Shown: positions 17,999 through 26,686 of the stretch, piece by piece | Numbering within the stretch: position 1 is the stretch's first letter | How the letters are laid out: every line of letters starts with the position of its first letter | Source of the DNA: Ferroglobus placidus DSM 10642 | GTDB lineage: Archaea > Halobacteriota > Archaeoglobi > Archaeoglobales > Archaeoglobaceae | Length of the DNA stretch: 32,000 nt | NCBI RefSeq assembly: GCF_000025505.1 | Contig: NC_013849.1 | Span: 1,530,001-1,562,000 of the forward strand | Direction: 5' to 3' | Notes under the pieces: model-generated | Told to the model about the DNA's origin: nothing | Databases searched by the model: none | Seen by the model: only the letters and a program-made list of their open reading frames with translations | Program-made: the position numbers and the translations under genes

Positions 17999-18622
17999 TC
18001 ATTTCAAAACTTTCCCGGTTTTCATGTACCACAAGTACAAGTCGAGTTCGCCGAGAGACAGATCGACTTTTTCAGCCAGTTCTCTCATTCTCTCTTCTAT
18101 TTCCAAATACCTCCTCCTCGTTAAAGTCTTTGGTTTTTCGATAATTCCGTGCTCGCTCAAAACGCTTAAGATGTGTCTGTCGAGGATAGCTAAGTTGAAA
18201 TACCCCACGTTCCTCAGAAAGTGACTCGCTTCCTTATAACCGATCCCCTTCACGTTCTTCACGAGCCACTCCCTTGCCGAAAACTCCCCAAGAGTTGTCA
18301 CGATTTTCTTTAACGCTTCAGCATACTTTCTCGCTTCTACTATGTACTCTGCTCTTTTCGAGTAAAATCTGTGCCCGAAACTTCTCAGCTTCTCTTTCAG
18401 CTCTTCCAAACTCATGTTTAGAAAGCCGTCTTCTCCAAGTTCTTTCTGAATTTTAATTCCAAGCTCCGCTGAGCTGTTGGCTGTGAGAATGCAGAAGCAA
18501 AGTTCGGAAAACCATCTTTTCGAATCGCTTCTTCGAACTTCTAAGAACTCCTCAATCCTTTTCTCGACAATCGGAGAAATCTCCCTCTTTAAGGAATTGA
18601 TTTTTAAAATTAAAGAGTTTAT
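17999..18622 (-). CDS. ogg: 8-oxoguanine DNA glycosylase/AP lyase, archaeal Ogg2 type (start extended to an ATA codon)
   Basis: The HhH-GPD region is [17 protein letters not shown]...DRH. The frame stays open for 69 codons upstream of the track's ATG (18415) and encodes the family-typical [17 protein letters not shown]. The full length would be 207 aa. Confidence 0.8.
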   Translation of the reverse strand: MNSLILKINSLKREISPIVEKRIEEFLEVRRSDSKRWFSELCFCILTANSSAELGIKIQKELGEDGFLNMSLEELKEKLRSFGHRFYSKRAEYIVEARKYAEALKKIVTTLGEFSAREWLVKNVKGIGYKEASHFLRNVGYFNLAILDRHILSVLSEHGIIEKPKTLTRRRYLEIEERMRELAEKVDLSLGELDLYLWYMKTGKVLK

Positions 18623-18792
18623 CCGAGAACCTCCAGAACTTCGGCTTTTATTTTACCCTTTCCTCCGGTTGGCTCGGCTAAAGTTCTTCCACAAATCAGA
18701 CATTTGACAACCGTAGAGGGGCGATCAAAAATCACCTGCTCGTTTTCGCAGTCCGGACACTTCACCCTTAAAAATTTACTCCTCGTCTCCAT
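18619..18792 (-). CDS. rps27e: 30S ribosomal protein eS27 (S27e)
   Basis: This 57-aa ORF falls below the track's size cutoff. The sequence is [57 protein letters not shown], with the CxxC...CxxC zinc ribbon typical of eS27. Confidence 0.9.
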   Translation of the reverse strand: METRSKFLRVKCPDCENEQVIFDRPSTVVKCLICGRTLAEPTGGKGKIKAEVLEVLG

Positions 18793-18796
18793 TTAA

Positions 18797-19075
18797 TCAC
18801 CCCACCAGTTCGAACCTTTTCACTCTCCAGGTGGGGCGGTGATGAGCTTTTCCGCACTCGGTGCACCTCCACCTAATGTTGACTCTCTTCGTAGGCTTGT
18901 CTCCTCCGGGAACTTTGCTGAACTTTCCGAGGTTGCCTACCTTTCCTCTCCTCTTCTTCTGTCTGTTAATCCATTTCAAAGCGCTCTGCTTACCCTTACC
19001 CACCTTCTCTATTTCGTGAATCGTGTGCTTGTTGCAGTATTTGCAGAAAGTTCTAACCTTCTTTGGGTACTTCAT
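18797..19075 (-). CDS. rpl44e: 50S ribosomal protein eL42 (L44e)
   Basis: FCKYCNKHTIH...CTECGKAH is a zinc ribbon in a basic 92-aa protein. The gene lies directly upstream of rps27e, as in many archaea. Confidence 0.92.
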   Translation of the reverse strand: MKYPKKVRTFCKYCNKHTIHEIEKVGKGKQSALKWINRQKKRRGKVGNLGKFSKVPGGDKPTKRVNIRWRCTECGKAHHRPTWRVKRFELVG

Positions 19076-19617
19076 CTTTTCACCTCGATTTTTTCAGCTA
19101 TTCCGTTCTTTATGAGGCTGTTAGCGTTTAGCTTGGGGACTAATACAACATCCTCCCTTCTCAATTTATATGTTTTTCCGTCAACTCCTTGGAATTCCGG
19201 TATGTCCTGCTTTATTCTCAAAAGAACGAAGTCTTTTTCCTCTATTTTTTCCTCCTCAACCCTCTTTTCGAGGAGCATCTCTTTGAACTTTAAAATCAGC
19301 TCTTTCAACTTCTCGAGGAAATCCCTCTCCACCTGAATCAGATTTTCCTTTCCCTCTATCCCACTTTCCGTGTTGCAAACTTCAGCCCAAGCTAGTCTAA
19401 TGATTTTACCTGTCCTCGCTTCGAAAATCTTTTTCTGAATTTTTCTCAACGTCCTGATTTCGTCTTCTATCCTCAAAAATTCATCTTCGGAAGCTTTGCT
19501 CCTCATCTCCTCTAACTCGGAAATTCTCGCTTTTAATTTCTCGTAGAAGTCTTCATCTATCTTTTCTATCGAAATTCTGCTCTTTTCCGCTAATATCATC
19601 AGCTCGTCGATGTCCAT
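19072..19617 (-). CDS. GINS complex subunit (Gins51/Gins15 type)
   Basis: 181 aa with a helical N-terminal domain and a C-terminal beta domain (FVLLRIKQDIPEFQGVDGKTYKLRREDVVLVP). It sits immediately downstream of priS, a known conserved archaeal neighbourhood. Confidence 0.75.
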   Translation of the reverse strand: MDIDELMILAEKSRISIEKIDEDFYEKLKARISELEEMRSKASEDEFLRIEDEIRTLRKIQKKIFEARTGKIIRLAWAEVCNTESGIEGKENLIQVERDFLEKLKELILKFKEMLLEKRVEEEKIEEKDFVLLRIKQDIPEFQGVDGKTYKLRREDVVLVPKLNANSLIKNGIAEKIEVKR

Positions 19618-19618
19618 A

Positions 19619-20686
19619 CTACCAACCGTATATTGCCACTCCCCTACATATTAAGTATATCGCAACGTATTCCGGAACCTTCGCCTTACCCTTTTTTAAC
19701 TTAAACTCCTCCTCTTTTAACCTGAGCTTCACGTTACTCTTAATCCTCACTTTAACTTCCTCATCCTCGAAAACCACCGCATCCCTCGTAGGTTTGAATT
19801 CATCTATTTCATCTCTGCTGATCTTGCAGACTTTCAATCCGGTTTTTCCGTGCAAAGAGCCGGGAAGTCTTATCAGCCTTTTCACGTCAGCCGTAACCGG
19901 CGGATCGACGTGAATTCTCACCCTTTCAGCTGCTTTATTGAAAAGTCTTGCAAGCTCTTTATCAAGCGTTTTCGGAAAGTGATCGAAGTTAAGATTTTTC
20001 ACCTTTTCGACAACCTCCTCGGCAGCTGCCAAAAGCATTTTTTCCCTCTTCTCAGAAATTTTCGGAAAAAGTTCCCTAATCTTCCCTTTTTTTAAAGCTT
20101 CTTCGATTTCTCCTGCCATAATTCCCGCTATTCTGTAACTTTGTTTTGATTCCGGCAGCTTCCTCGAAAATTTGAAGTCCGTCAAAAAAAGATAATCCAC
20201 GATTTCTCTCCTCTCCGCAGAAGACAGCTCCAAAAAATCCTCGTCGTGAACGTGCAAGTGATACCCTCTGCTTCCAGAAAAAACGATTTCCATATCTTTG
20301 CACCCGAAATCTTCTTCGAGAACGTCGTAAAGCATTTTTATCTGCCTTTTTGCCTCTTTCAAACTGCCGTTCGGTAAGTGGTCAGCATCAATATCGAAAA
20401 TCAAATCCGCCTTTTTCCATCCTTTAGCTTCCATGTTTTCCGCATCCGGCTTCTCGTAATAGGCTGAGGAGTAATAAACGTGAAGAGGGACGTTATTCAA
20501 AATAAATCCTTTCAGCTCGACGTAGCTGTCGAAAGCGATGTGCCTCCTCATAATAAACTCGGGGAGAGCTTCAACTTCTACAAAAGCCCATTCCCTTTCC
20601 CAAAGTGCATTGGGCTCATCCACATCGTTTTTCGTGTAGTATTCGAGAAACTTCGCTTTCAAATACTCTTTAGTTAGCGTGTCCAC
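19619..20686 (-). CDS. priS: DNA primase small (catalytic) subunit PriS
   Basis: The catalytic motif is LIFDIDADH, with FSGSRGYHLHV and RLPGSLHGKTG. The start is GTG. Confidence 0.92.
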   Translation of the reverse strand: MDTLTKEYLKAKFLEYYTKNDVDEPNALWEREWAFVEVEALPEFIMRRHIAFDSYVELKGFILNNVPLHVYYSSAYYEKPDAENMEAKGWKKADLIFDIDADHLPNGSLKEAKRQIKMLYDVLEEDFGCKDMEIVFSGSRGYHLHVHDEDFLELSSAERREIVDYLFLTDFKFSRKLPESKQSYRIAGIMAGEIEEALKKGKIRELFPKISEKREKMLLAAAEEVVEKVKNLNFDHFPKTLDKELARLFNKAAERVRIHVDPPVTADVKRLIRLPGSLHGKTGLKVCKISRDEIDEFKPTRDAVVFEDEEVKVRIKSNVKLRLKEEEFKLKKGKAKVPEYVAIYLICRGVAIYGW

Positions 20687-20766
20687 AAAGGCAACTCTTG
20701 TCGGAAGCTAAAATAACTTTGTTCAAAATCATAAAAAATATATAACAAGTAGAATTACTGAATTAA

Positions 20767-21954
20767 GTGAGAGCTTTAGTAATACTGCTGTTTATTCTGA
20801 TAACCCCAGTAGCTCTTGCCGATAGAGGGGGAATTCCGCTCACTCCAGCTTTTGTGGAGGAGACTGAGCAAAACGCTATCGTTGCTTGGAACGGAGAAGA
20901 GGAGATTCTTATTCTCTCAACCAACTTGAGAGCATCGGAAAACACAACGATCCTTGAACTTCTCCCTCTCCCTTCGAAGCCCGAAATAAAGGAGGGTGAC
21001 GAAAAATCCTTTTACGAACTTATTAAGCTTGCAGGAATGCAGAGAAAGACTGGATTGGGTTTCGGAGAAAGTAAAGGAGGTGTAGAAATTATTTTTCAGG
21101 AGAGAATTGGCGTGCATTTTATAACCGTGGTCAGAATAAACAGCTCTCAAGAATTTGCGGAGTGGTTTGAAGGGTTCGTGACTAAACGCGGCTACAACGC
21201 AAAATTTCCTGAAAGCTTGGAAAGTCTCGTAGAAGATTACGTGAGGAGAGGCTACAGCTATTTTGCGATCGATCTCATATCTGTTGGCGAAGATGAGAAG
21301 AGCGTAAAGCCGATTGTTTACAGGTTCAAGACCGACAAGCTCTACTATCCGCTAAAAGTATCTTCGACTTTCAAATCAGATACGAGAGCGAACGTCTTCA
21401 TTCTCGCAAAAGGGATTGTAAGAGAGGAGGATTTGAGAAAAGCTGGGTTGTGGAGGATTAAAATCAGCGACATGTACGTTTACTTAAGCAAGTCCGAGCT
21501 TGAGAGAATCGATAAAAGTATTGCTGAAATTCTCGACGGAGCTTACTTGAGCGTTGCAGTATTTTACGGAAGCACGGAAAGGCTTAAAGCCGACCTCGAA
21601 ATTGAGGAGCTTAGCTCTCCCACTCTGCTCGAAAGAGTTGCGAAGCTCGTTGAAGGAACGACCTTGTCCCACCTAATCCTTTCGCTTAAACACATAAAGG
21701 GTAGCGGAGTCGATCCTGTTTTACTTTCCATCCTGATCTTTTCGACGTTTTCCGGATTTCCCGCTATATTCTACGTAATTTACAAAATTACCAGAAATAA
21801 GTTTGACAGAAAAGTTTCAATTCTGATTTCAACGCTATCCGTCGCTTTTGTTGCCTTCACGAAAGGATTTCTATCTTTCCTCGCGTTCTTCGCTTTATTT
21901 TTCCTCGGAATAGTTTTCGTTCTTTACGTTTCTTACCGAGTGATAACAAGATGA
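20767..21954 (+). CDS. Secreted, C-terminally membrane-anchored protein of unknown function (DUF2330-like; tentative)
   Basis: The start is GTG. The signal peptide is MRALVILLFILITPVALA. The N-terminal pattern EQNAIVAWNGEEEILILS...LELLPLPSKPE resembles that family. There are about three C-terminal TM helices. Confidence 0.7.
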   Translation: MRALVILLFILITPVALADRGGIPLTPAFVEETEQNAIVAWNGEEEILILSTNLRASENTTILELLPLPSKPEIKEGDEKSFYELIKLAGMQRKTGLGFGESKGGVEIIFQERIGVHFITVVRINSSQEFAEWFEGFVTKRGYNAKFPESLESLVEDYVRRGYSYFAIDLISVGEDEKSVKPIVYRFKTDKLYYPLKVSSTFKSDTRANVFILAKGIVREEDLRKAGLWRIKISDMYVYLSKSELERIDKSIAEILDGAYLSVAVFYGSTERLKADLEIEELSSPTLLERVAKLVEGTTLSHLILSLKHIKGSGVDPVLLSILIFSTFSGFPAIFYVIYKITRNKFDRKVSILISTLSVAFVAFTKGFLSFLAFFALFFLGIVFVLYVSYRVITR

Positions 21955-22023
21955 CATTTACTTTCCCATCAAATCTAAAAATCGTTAAATATTCTCCGAA
22001 AGAGTTTTACCTGAGGTGATCGA

Positions 22024-22998
22024 ATGCAAATAGAGATTTTGGACAGAGGAGAGGCTGAGTTTCACTTTATTGATCCAGACGATTTTCGGGAGTTCGTCAG
22101 GGACAAAAAGACGAGGGACTGGAAGGACAAGCTGATGGAGGAAAAAGAGGCGGTAAAGAAGTTCGTTAAAGACGGAGATTACTTGGCTTACGACTTCTCA
22201 AGCCTAACGAGAGGACCTCAAAGCCTGATAAGAGAGATAATCAGGCAGAGGAAGAAGAAACTCTGGATTTGTGCGAAGTTCACGTTGCTCGAAAGCGCTT
22301 TGCTTGCCGGAGGAGGTTGCGTCGAGAAGATAGATGTTGGTTTCCTCGGTTTTGGGGAGTACATAGCCAGAAAAGTCGAGAACGGAGAGGTGAAGGTTTA
22401 CGACTGGAGCAACGGAAGCATAACCTACAGACTTTTAGCCGGAGCGATGGGCATTCCTTTCATCCCCGCAAGAGATTTGCTCGGAACTGACACCTTCAAA
22501 AAATCCGGGGCTTTGGCTATAAGAGATCCGTTCACAAACAAGCCAGTAGCTTTGCTTCCCGCCTTAAATCCAGATGTTGCCTTAATCCACGTGCAGGAAG
22601 CTGACATCTACGGCAACGCTCGAGTTTACGGGCCAACTGTCGCGACTCTCGAAACGGCGATGGCTTCGAAGAGGGTGATAATCTCCGCTGAGAGAATAGT
22701 GGAGACGATAGAGTTCAGAAAGGAGCCAAACATGACGATAATACCCTACTACTTGGTTGACGCCGTAGTCCACGCTCCCTTCGGAGCTTATCCGGGAGGA
22801 ACGCAGGGCTACTACGAAATGGACGCTGAGCACTACTTAAAAGTTTCATCGATAAAAACTGAGGAGGAGATGCAGAAGTACTTGGAGGAGTACGTTTACA
22901 GCGTCGATAATCACGAAGAATTTTTGGAGAAGAGGGTTGGAATGAAGAAGTTAAAGGAGCTCGTTAGGAAAGCTGAAATTTTGGAGGGATTTAGATGA
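22024..22998 (+). CDS. CoA-transferase family I, subunit A (glutaconate-CoA-transferase-like)
   Basis: 324 aa. GAMGIPFIPAR and IHVQEADIYGN are typical of GctA/AtoD-like subunits. GAGGTGA lies upstream of the ATG. Confidence 0.85.
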   Translation: MQIEILDRGEAEFHFIDPDDFREFVRDKKTRDWKDKLMEEKEAVKKFVKDGDYLAYDFSSLTRGPQSLIREIIRQRKKKLWICAKFTLLESALLAGGGCVEKIDVGFLGFGEYIARKVENGEVKVYDWSNGSITYRLLAGAMGIPFIPARDLLGTDTFKKSGALAIRDPFTNKPVALLPALNPDVALIHVQEADIYGNARVYGPTVATLETAMASKRVIISAERIVETIEFRKEPNMTIIPYYLVDAVVHAPFGAYPGGTQGYYEMDAEHYLKVSSIKTEEEMQKYLEEYVYSVDNHEEFLEKRVGMKKLKELVRKAEILEGFR

Positions 22999-23792
22999 AG
23001 GAGTTTACGGACACTGAGTTTATGATCTGTCAAGCGGCAAGGTTGCTTGAGGATAACAAAACAGTCTTCGTCGGCTGGGGAATGCCGCAAGTCGTGGCTT
23101 TGCTTGCTGAAAGGTTGTACACTCCGAACATAACCCAGATTTTCGAGTTCGGAGCTGTGGGACCTCAAAGCAGATTACCTTTCCTCAGAGGCACTATGGG
23201 AGGTCCGCAGAACACTTATCGGAGCTTGCAGTGGTGCAGCATGGCTTTAGCATTTAGCTACGCTCAGGCTGGTTACATAGACTACGGAATGCTCGGAGCA
23301 GCTCAGATAGACCGCTATGGAAACATAAATTCGACGATGATTGGAGAAGATTACGAAAGACCGAAAAAGAGGTTTCCGGGAAGCGGAGGAGGGAATGAGG
23401 TGGCAAGCTACTGCTGGAAGACGATAATAGTTATGAGCCACGAGAAGAGGAGATTCGTGGAGAGGTGCGACTTCATAACTTCTCCCGGACACATAATAGA
23501 CGGAAAAAGCAGAGAAGAGCTCGGATTGCCAAGAAATACTGGACCTTGGAGGGTTATAACTTCCAAAGCCATGTTCGACTTCGACGAGAAAACGAAGGAG
23601 CTGAGGTTGATTGGAGTTCTTAAGGGATTTACGGTAGAAGAAGTCGTGGAAGATATGGGATTCAAGCCAAAAGTAGCTGATGAGGTCGTGGAGCTTGATC
23701 CTCCAACCGAGGAGGAGCTGAGAGTTTTGAGGGAAGAAATAGATCCGTACGGGTTGATAATCAAGAAAGGGAGAGTGATAAAGCTCGATTGA
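22995..23792 (+). CDS. CoA-transferase family I, subunit B
   Basis: 265 aa. The candidate catalytic Glu is in QIFEFGAVG (E51), with GAAQIDRYGNIN and GSGGGNE also present. There is a 4-nt overlap with subunit A. Confidence 0.85.
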   Translation: MKEFTDTEFMICQAARLLEDNKTVFVGWGMPQVVALLAERLYTPNITQIFEFGAVGPQSRLPFLRGTMGGPQNTYRSLQWCSMALAFSYAQAGYIDYGMLGAAQIDRYGNINSTMIGEDYERPKKRFPGSGGGNEVASYCWKTIIVMSHEKRRFVERCDFITSPGHIIDGKSREELGLPRNTGPWRVITSKAMFDFDEKTKELRLIGVLKGFTVEEVVEDMGFKPKVADEVVELDPPTEEELRVLREEIDPYGLIIKKGRVIKLD

Positions 23793-23908
23793 TAGCATTA
23801 ATTTTCCCTCAATCATTTTTCAATCGACACACAACTCTGGCAAACTTTTGGGTTTGAAACTTTTAACCCCAAATTCAGAATATGTAATATTATTTTAGCA
23901 AGAAAAAG

Positions 23909-23918
23909 CTTTTATTTA
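23909..23918 (+). promoter_or_regulatory. TATA-like box for membrane protein paralog 1
   Basis: aaagcttttattta is centred about 25 nt upstream of the ATG at 23939. The same AAAGCTTTTAT motif precedes trm56. Confidence 0.4.
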
Positions 23919-23935
23919 CGAAGCCATTCGTAAAT

Positions 23936-24637
23936 TTGATGTTAGAAGTTCTCGGCGAGGCTTTAGGAATCGTGCTGGCGTTTACGTCTCTAACCTCTTT
24001 AAGCATAGCTTTCGGATACAGTGATGTCAGGGACTTTATAAACCACCGTGTAAGCAGAGCTAAAACTCACGGAGTGATACTGCTCTCTCTTCTCGCCTTA
24101 CTGCTACTTTTCGGAGTTTTAGCATATTTAACCGAAAATAGCTCATTATCCTTAATAGGTTCCTTAGCCCTCGGCACAGGTTTGCTTTACTTCGAGCTCT
24201 GGGACATAAGGGAGTTTCTAAGGAACAAGTATAAGCCGACATTGAAGAAGGATGTGGTGGACGTGATGATATACTCTGCTGTGGTATGGCTTATCTCCAG
24301 ACACGTTGAAATTCCAGTTGAGGGAGCAATAATTATTTCCGTCGCTCTCATACTTGTAGCGTATTACTACTCTTTCAGCTTGGGGGAGTACATCAAGCTT
24401 TATGCCTCTGTAATTCTTCCTATAGACCTATTTCCGACCTACATCGGCTCAAGAATTTTCTCGCTTTTCTTTGCTATACATTTAATTTCTTACGGAGCAT
24501 TCTATTTGCCCTTTACGATCATACTTCTCGTCGGATATTGTGTTTTGATGTACTCGATGTTACTGGCTGCGAGAAGAATCGGGGAGTTAAAAGCAACAGT
24601 AGCAGAAAATCACTTAGAATCTAATGTCGAACTTTAG
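23936..24637 (+). CDS. Polytopic membrane protein of unknown function, paralog 1
   Basis: About 6-7 hydrophobic helices. The ORF track starts at TTG 23936, but ATG 23939 is more likely. It is homologous to ORF 27224-27901. Confidence 0.7.
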   Translation: MMLEVLGEALGIVLAFTSLTSLSIAFGYSDVRDFINHRVSRAKTHGVILLSLLALLLLFGVLAYLTENSSLSLIGSLALGTGLLYFELWDIREFLRNKYKPTLKKDVVDVMIYSAVVWLISRHVEIPVEGAIIISVALILVAYYYSFSLGEYIKLYASVILPIDLFPTYIGSRIFSLFFAIHLISYGAFYLPFTIILLVGYCVLMYSMLLAARRIGELKATVAENHLESNVEL

Positions 24638-25072
24638 AATGGGAATTTGAATTTCCTGAAAGTAAGCTTATCTTCCTGTTAAAACGATTCAAAGAGATAT
24701 AAATTTTTTCCTCTTCGTAAACTCTATCGTTCAAAGTATATACACTGAAAGATAATGGAAATATAACCGCACAGGCAATTTTATGTCGCTCAAAATTTTC
24801 CATCAAAACAGCAAACGATTAAAGAAAAAAGGAGTTCATGTTTGCATCACTAATAGTATTTTCAGAGCTCCCCAACACGGATCTCGGAAGTCGATGATGA
24901 CAAAATGATCGCTTTAAGTTTCGTTATATCATTCTCCCGAGCAATCAACGTCCCAAGCGAGCTTGATCAGCTTATTTCTCACAACGGTTTTAAAATATCA
25001 CTCTTTCAATTCGCTCTACACGAGGTCATTTCGTCCTTTTGTTATAATGAACTGTTTTAAAACTGAATTGCA

Positions 25073-25156
25073 TGCGGGGGGAGGGATTTGAACCCTCGTA
25101 CCCCTACGGGACCGGCCCCTCAAGCCGGCGCCTTTTCCTGACTCGGCAACCCCCGC
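25073..25156 (-). tRNA. tRNA-Leu (anticodon GAG)
   Basis: Manual cloverleaf: acceptor GCGGGGG/CCCCCGC, D arm GCC..GGC, anticodon stem CCGGC/GCCGG with loop TTGAGGG, long variable arm CCCGTAGGG, T arm GAGGG-TTCAAAT-CCCTC, discriminator A. No CCA is encoded and there is no intron. Confidence 0.9.
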
Positions 25157-25540
25157 AGCAAAAATTGTTGAAATTGTCTGCTTTATTACGATTTCGGTCC
25201 GTCAGTTGGTTACGGAAAAAGCCTGATTTGATTATAAAAAACTTTACCGACTTTCCCAACTGTTATCATCCGGAGCGCAATTCAAAATGAATTTATTCGA
25301 ACTCCTAAATCTTCTGTAGTTTTGCTAAGACGAATGAAACGCACGCGCTTTATTTATTTTATTAAGAGATTTTAATAATTATATTACTTTAGTAAAGTGA
25401 TTCGACTCGTTCTAAGCACGAGCAAATACTACCACCACTACCACTTACAAATTTTTATTTCATTCCACCCCGAACATCGAGTGCTATCATGTTGCTTGAC
25501 TTAGTTCAATACAAACGCAGCATCAAGATCACAACAGGAT

Positions 25541-25552
25541 AAAAATTATATA
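25541..25552 (+). promoter_or_regulatory. TATA box of the histone gene, with an SD-like GAGGTGA at 25577-25583
   Basis: aaaaattatata lies about 40 nt upstream of the ATG at 25588. A short leader carries GAGGTGA 5 nt before the start. Confidence 0.5.
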
Positions 25553-25587
25553 CCTCCTATTACACAGATTGTTATCGAGGTGAGAGT

Positions 25588-25791
25588 ATGGCTGAGTTGC
25601 CACTTGCACCGGTTGACAGATTGATTAGGAAGGCTGGTGCCGAGAGAGTGAGTGAGGAAGCGGTAGTGAAAATGGTTGAAATCCTCGAAGACTACGCTCT
25701 GCAGGTTGCAAAGAAAGCTGTGGAAATTGCGAGGCACTCCAAGAGAAAGACGATAAAGGCTGAGGACATCAAGGTTGCTCTGAGCATGTAA
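25588..25791 (+). CDS. Archaeal histone (HMf family)
   Basis: The 67-aa sequence is LPLAPVDRLIRKAGAERVSEEAVVKMVEILEDYALQVAKKAVEIARHSKRKTIKAEDIKVAL, a canonical histone fold. Confidence 0.95.
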   Translation: MAELPLAPVDRLIRKAGAERVSEEAVVKMVEILEDYALQVAKKAVEIARHSKRKTIKAEDIKVALSM

Positions 25792-25793
25792 AC

Positions 25794-25816
25794 TTTTTTC
25801 TACAATTTTTATTTTT
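25794..25816 (+). terminator. Oligo-T termination tracts after the histone gene
   Basis: A T6 run at 25794-25799 is followed by two T5 runs. Archaeal intrinsic termination uses oligo-T tracts. Confidence 0.45.
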
Positions 25817-25833
25817 AAAAGTTAACAATTAAA

Positions 25834-25843
25834 GCTTTTATCT
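25834..25843 (+). promoter_or_regulatory. TATA-like box for trm56 (leaderless arrangement)
   Basis: aaagcttttatct is centred about 27 nt upstream of the GTG at 25865. Confidence 0.4.
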
Positions 25844-25864
25844 GAAAGCCGTTGATCTCCTTTT

Positions 25865-26386
25865 GTGGAAGTATACGTTCTTCGTCTCGGTCACAGACCG
25901 GAGAGAGATAAAAGAATTTCCACTCATGTCGCTTTAACTGCAAGAGCCTTCGGAGCGAGGGGAATTTACTTCGATAAATACGACGAGAAGGTTTTTGAGA
26001 GTGTGAGGGACGTGGTAAAGAGGTGGGGAGGGGACTTTTTCATCGAGCACGCTAACTGGAAAAAACTGCTCAAGGAGTTTCGTGGAGCGAAAGTGCACTT
26101 GACGATGTACGGAATTCCTCTGCTTGAAAAAATTGACGAGCTGAAAAAAGAGGAAAAAATACTCGTTATCGTTGGGGCGGAAAAAGTTCCTTCCGAAGTT
26201 TACGAGCTGGCAGACTACAACATATCGATAGGCACTCAACCTCACAGCGAGGTTGCAGCTTTAGCAGTTTTCCTCGATAGGCTCCTCGACGGAAAAGTTT
26301 TCGAGATAAAGTTCGAGGATGCGGAAATAGAAGTTGTCCCCTCCGAGAGAGGAAAAATAGTTAGAAGCAAGAAATTTCAAAAGTGA
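25865..26386 (+). CDS. trm56: tRNA (cytidine56-2'-O)-methyltransferase aTrm56 (SPOUT)
   Basis: [27 protein letters not shown] at the N-terminus is diagnostic for aTrm56. 173 aa with a GTG start. Confidence 0.9.
   Translation: MEVYVLRLGHRPERDKRISTHVALTARAFGARGIYFDKYDEKVFESVRDVVKRWGGDFFIEHANWKKLLKEFRGAKVHLTMYGIPLLEKIDELKKEEKILVIVGAEKVPSEVYELADYNISIGTQPHSEVAALAVFLDRLLDGKVFEIKFEDAEIEVVPSERGKIVRSKKFQK
26351..26386 (+). repeat. Direct repeat copy A: the last 12 codons of trm56, including the stop
   Basis: ggaaaaatagttagaagcaagaaatttcaaaagtga matches 27131-27166 at 34 of 36 positions. Confidence 0.9.
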
Positions 26387-26431
26387 GTGGCAGTTAAGCT
26401 TTTTAATGATGAGATCTTAAATTCCTACCTA

Positions 26432-26686
26432 ATGGTAAGAACAAGAGTTGTAGGAAAGAAAGGTCAGGTAACGATTCCAAAGGAAATTCGAGATAAGCTC
26501 GGTTTAAAAGAGGGAGAAAAAGTCGTATTTGAAATCAGAGGTGATGAGGTTATTATCAAACCAGAGAAAAAGGGAAAAGATTACGTTGATGAACTCTCGA
26601 ACATCGTGAAAAACAAGCTTGAAGCCCCAGAACCTGAAAAACTTAAGAGGTTACTTTATGGAGAAATTGAAGATCGCCTACATTGA
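26432..26686 (+). CDS. vapB: AbrB/SpoVT-family antitoxin (VapB-like)
   Basis: VVGKKGQVTIPKEIRDKLGLKEGEKVVFEIRGDEVIIKP is a swapped-hairpin AbrB motif. I prefer the ATG at 26432; the ORF-track GTG at 26387 is also possible. Confidence 0.85.
   Translation: MVRTRVVGKKGQVTIPKEIRDKLGLKEGEKVVFEIRGDEVIIKPEKKGKDYVDELSNIVKNKLEAPEPEKLKRLLYGEIEDRLH

Noticed and set aside
24890-24985. Possible C/D-box sRNA, suggested by the ATGATGA at 24893-24899.
   Set aside because: I found no correctly spaced D', C' and D (CTGA) boxes or terminal stem on either strand. The match is a lone heptamer.
24905-25060. 51-codon ORF in the tRNA-flanking spacer.
   Set aside because: It has no recognisable family, no convincing promoter or SD, and sits in a region that looks like decayed sequence. 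I mention it only within a finding, not as a feature.
25072-25290. 72-aa ORF on the plus strand.
   Set aside because: Its first 85 nt are the reverse complement of the tRNA-Leu gene, and the glycine/proline-rich start is an artefact of the GC-rich tRNA.
25290-25587. AT-rich stretch considered as a replication origin.
   Set aside because: I found no repeated ORB or mini-ORB-like inverted elements and there is no adjacent orc1/cdc6. The TTCCACCCC at about 25463 occurs only once.
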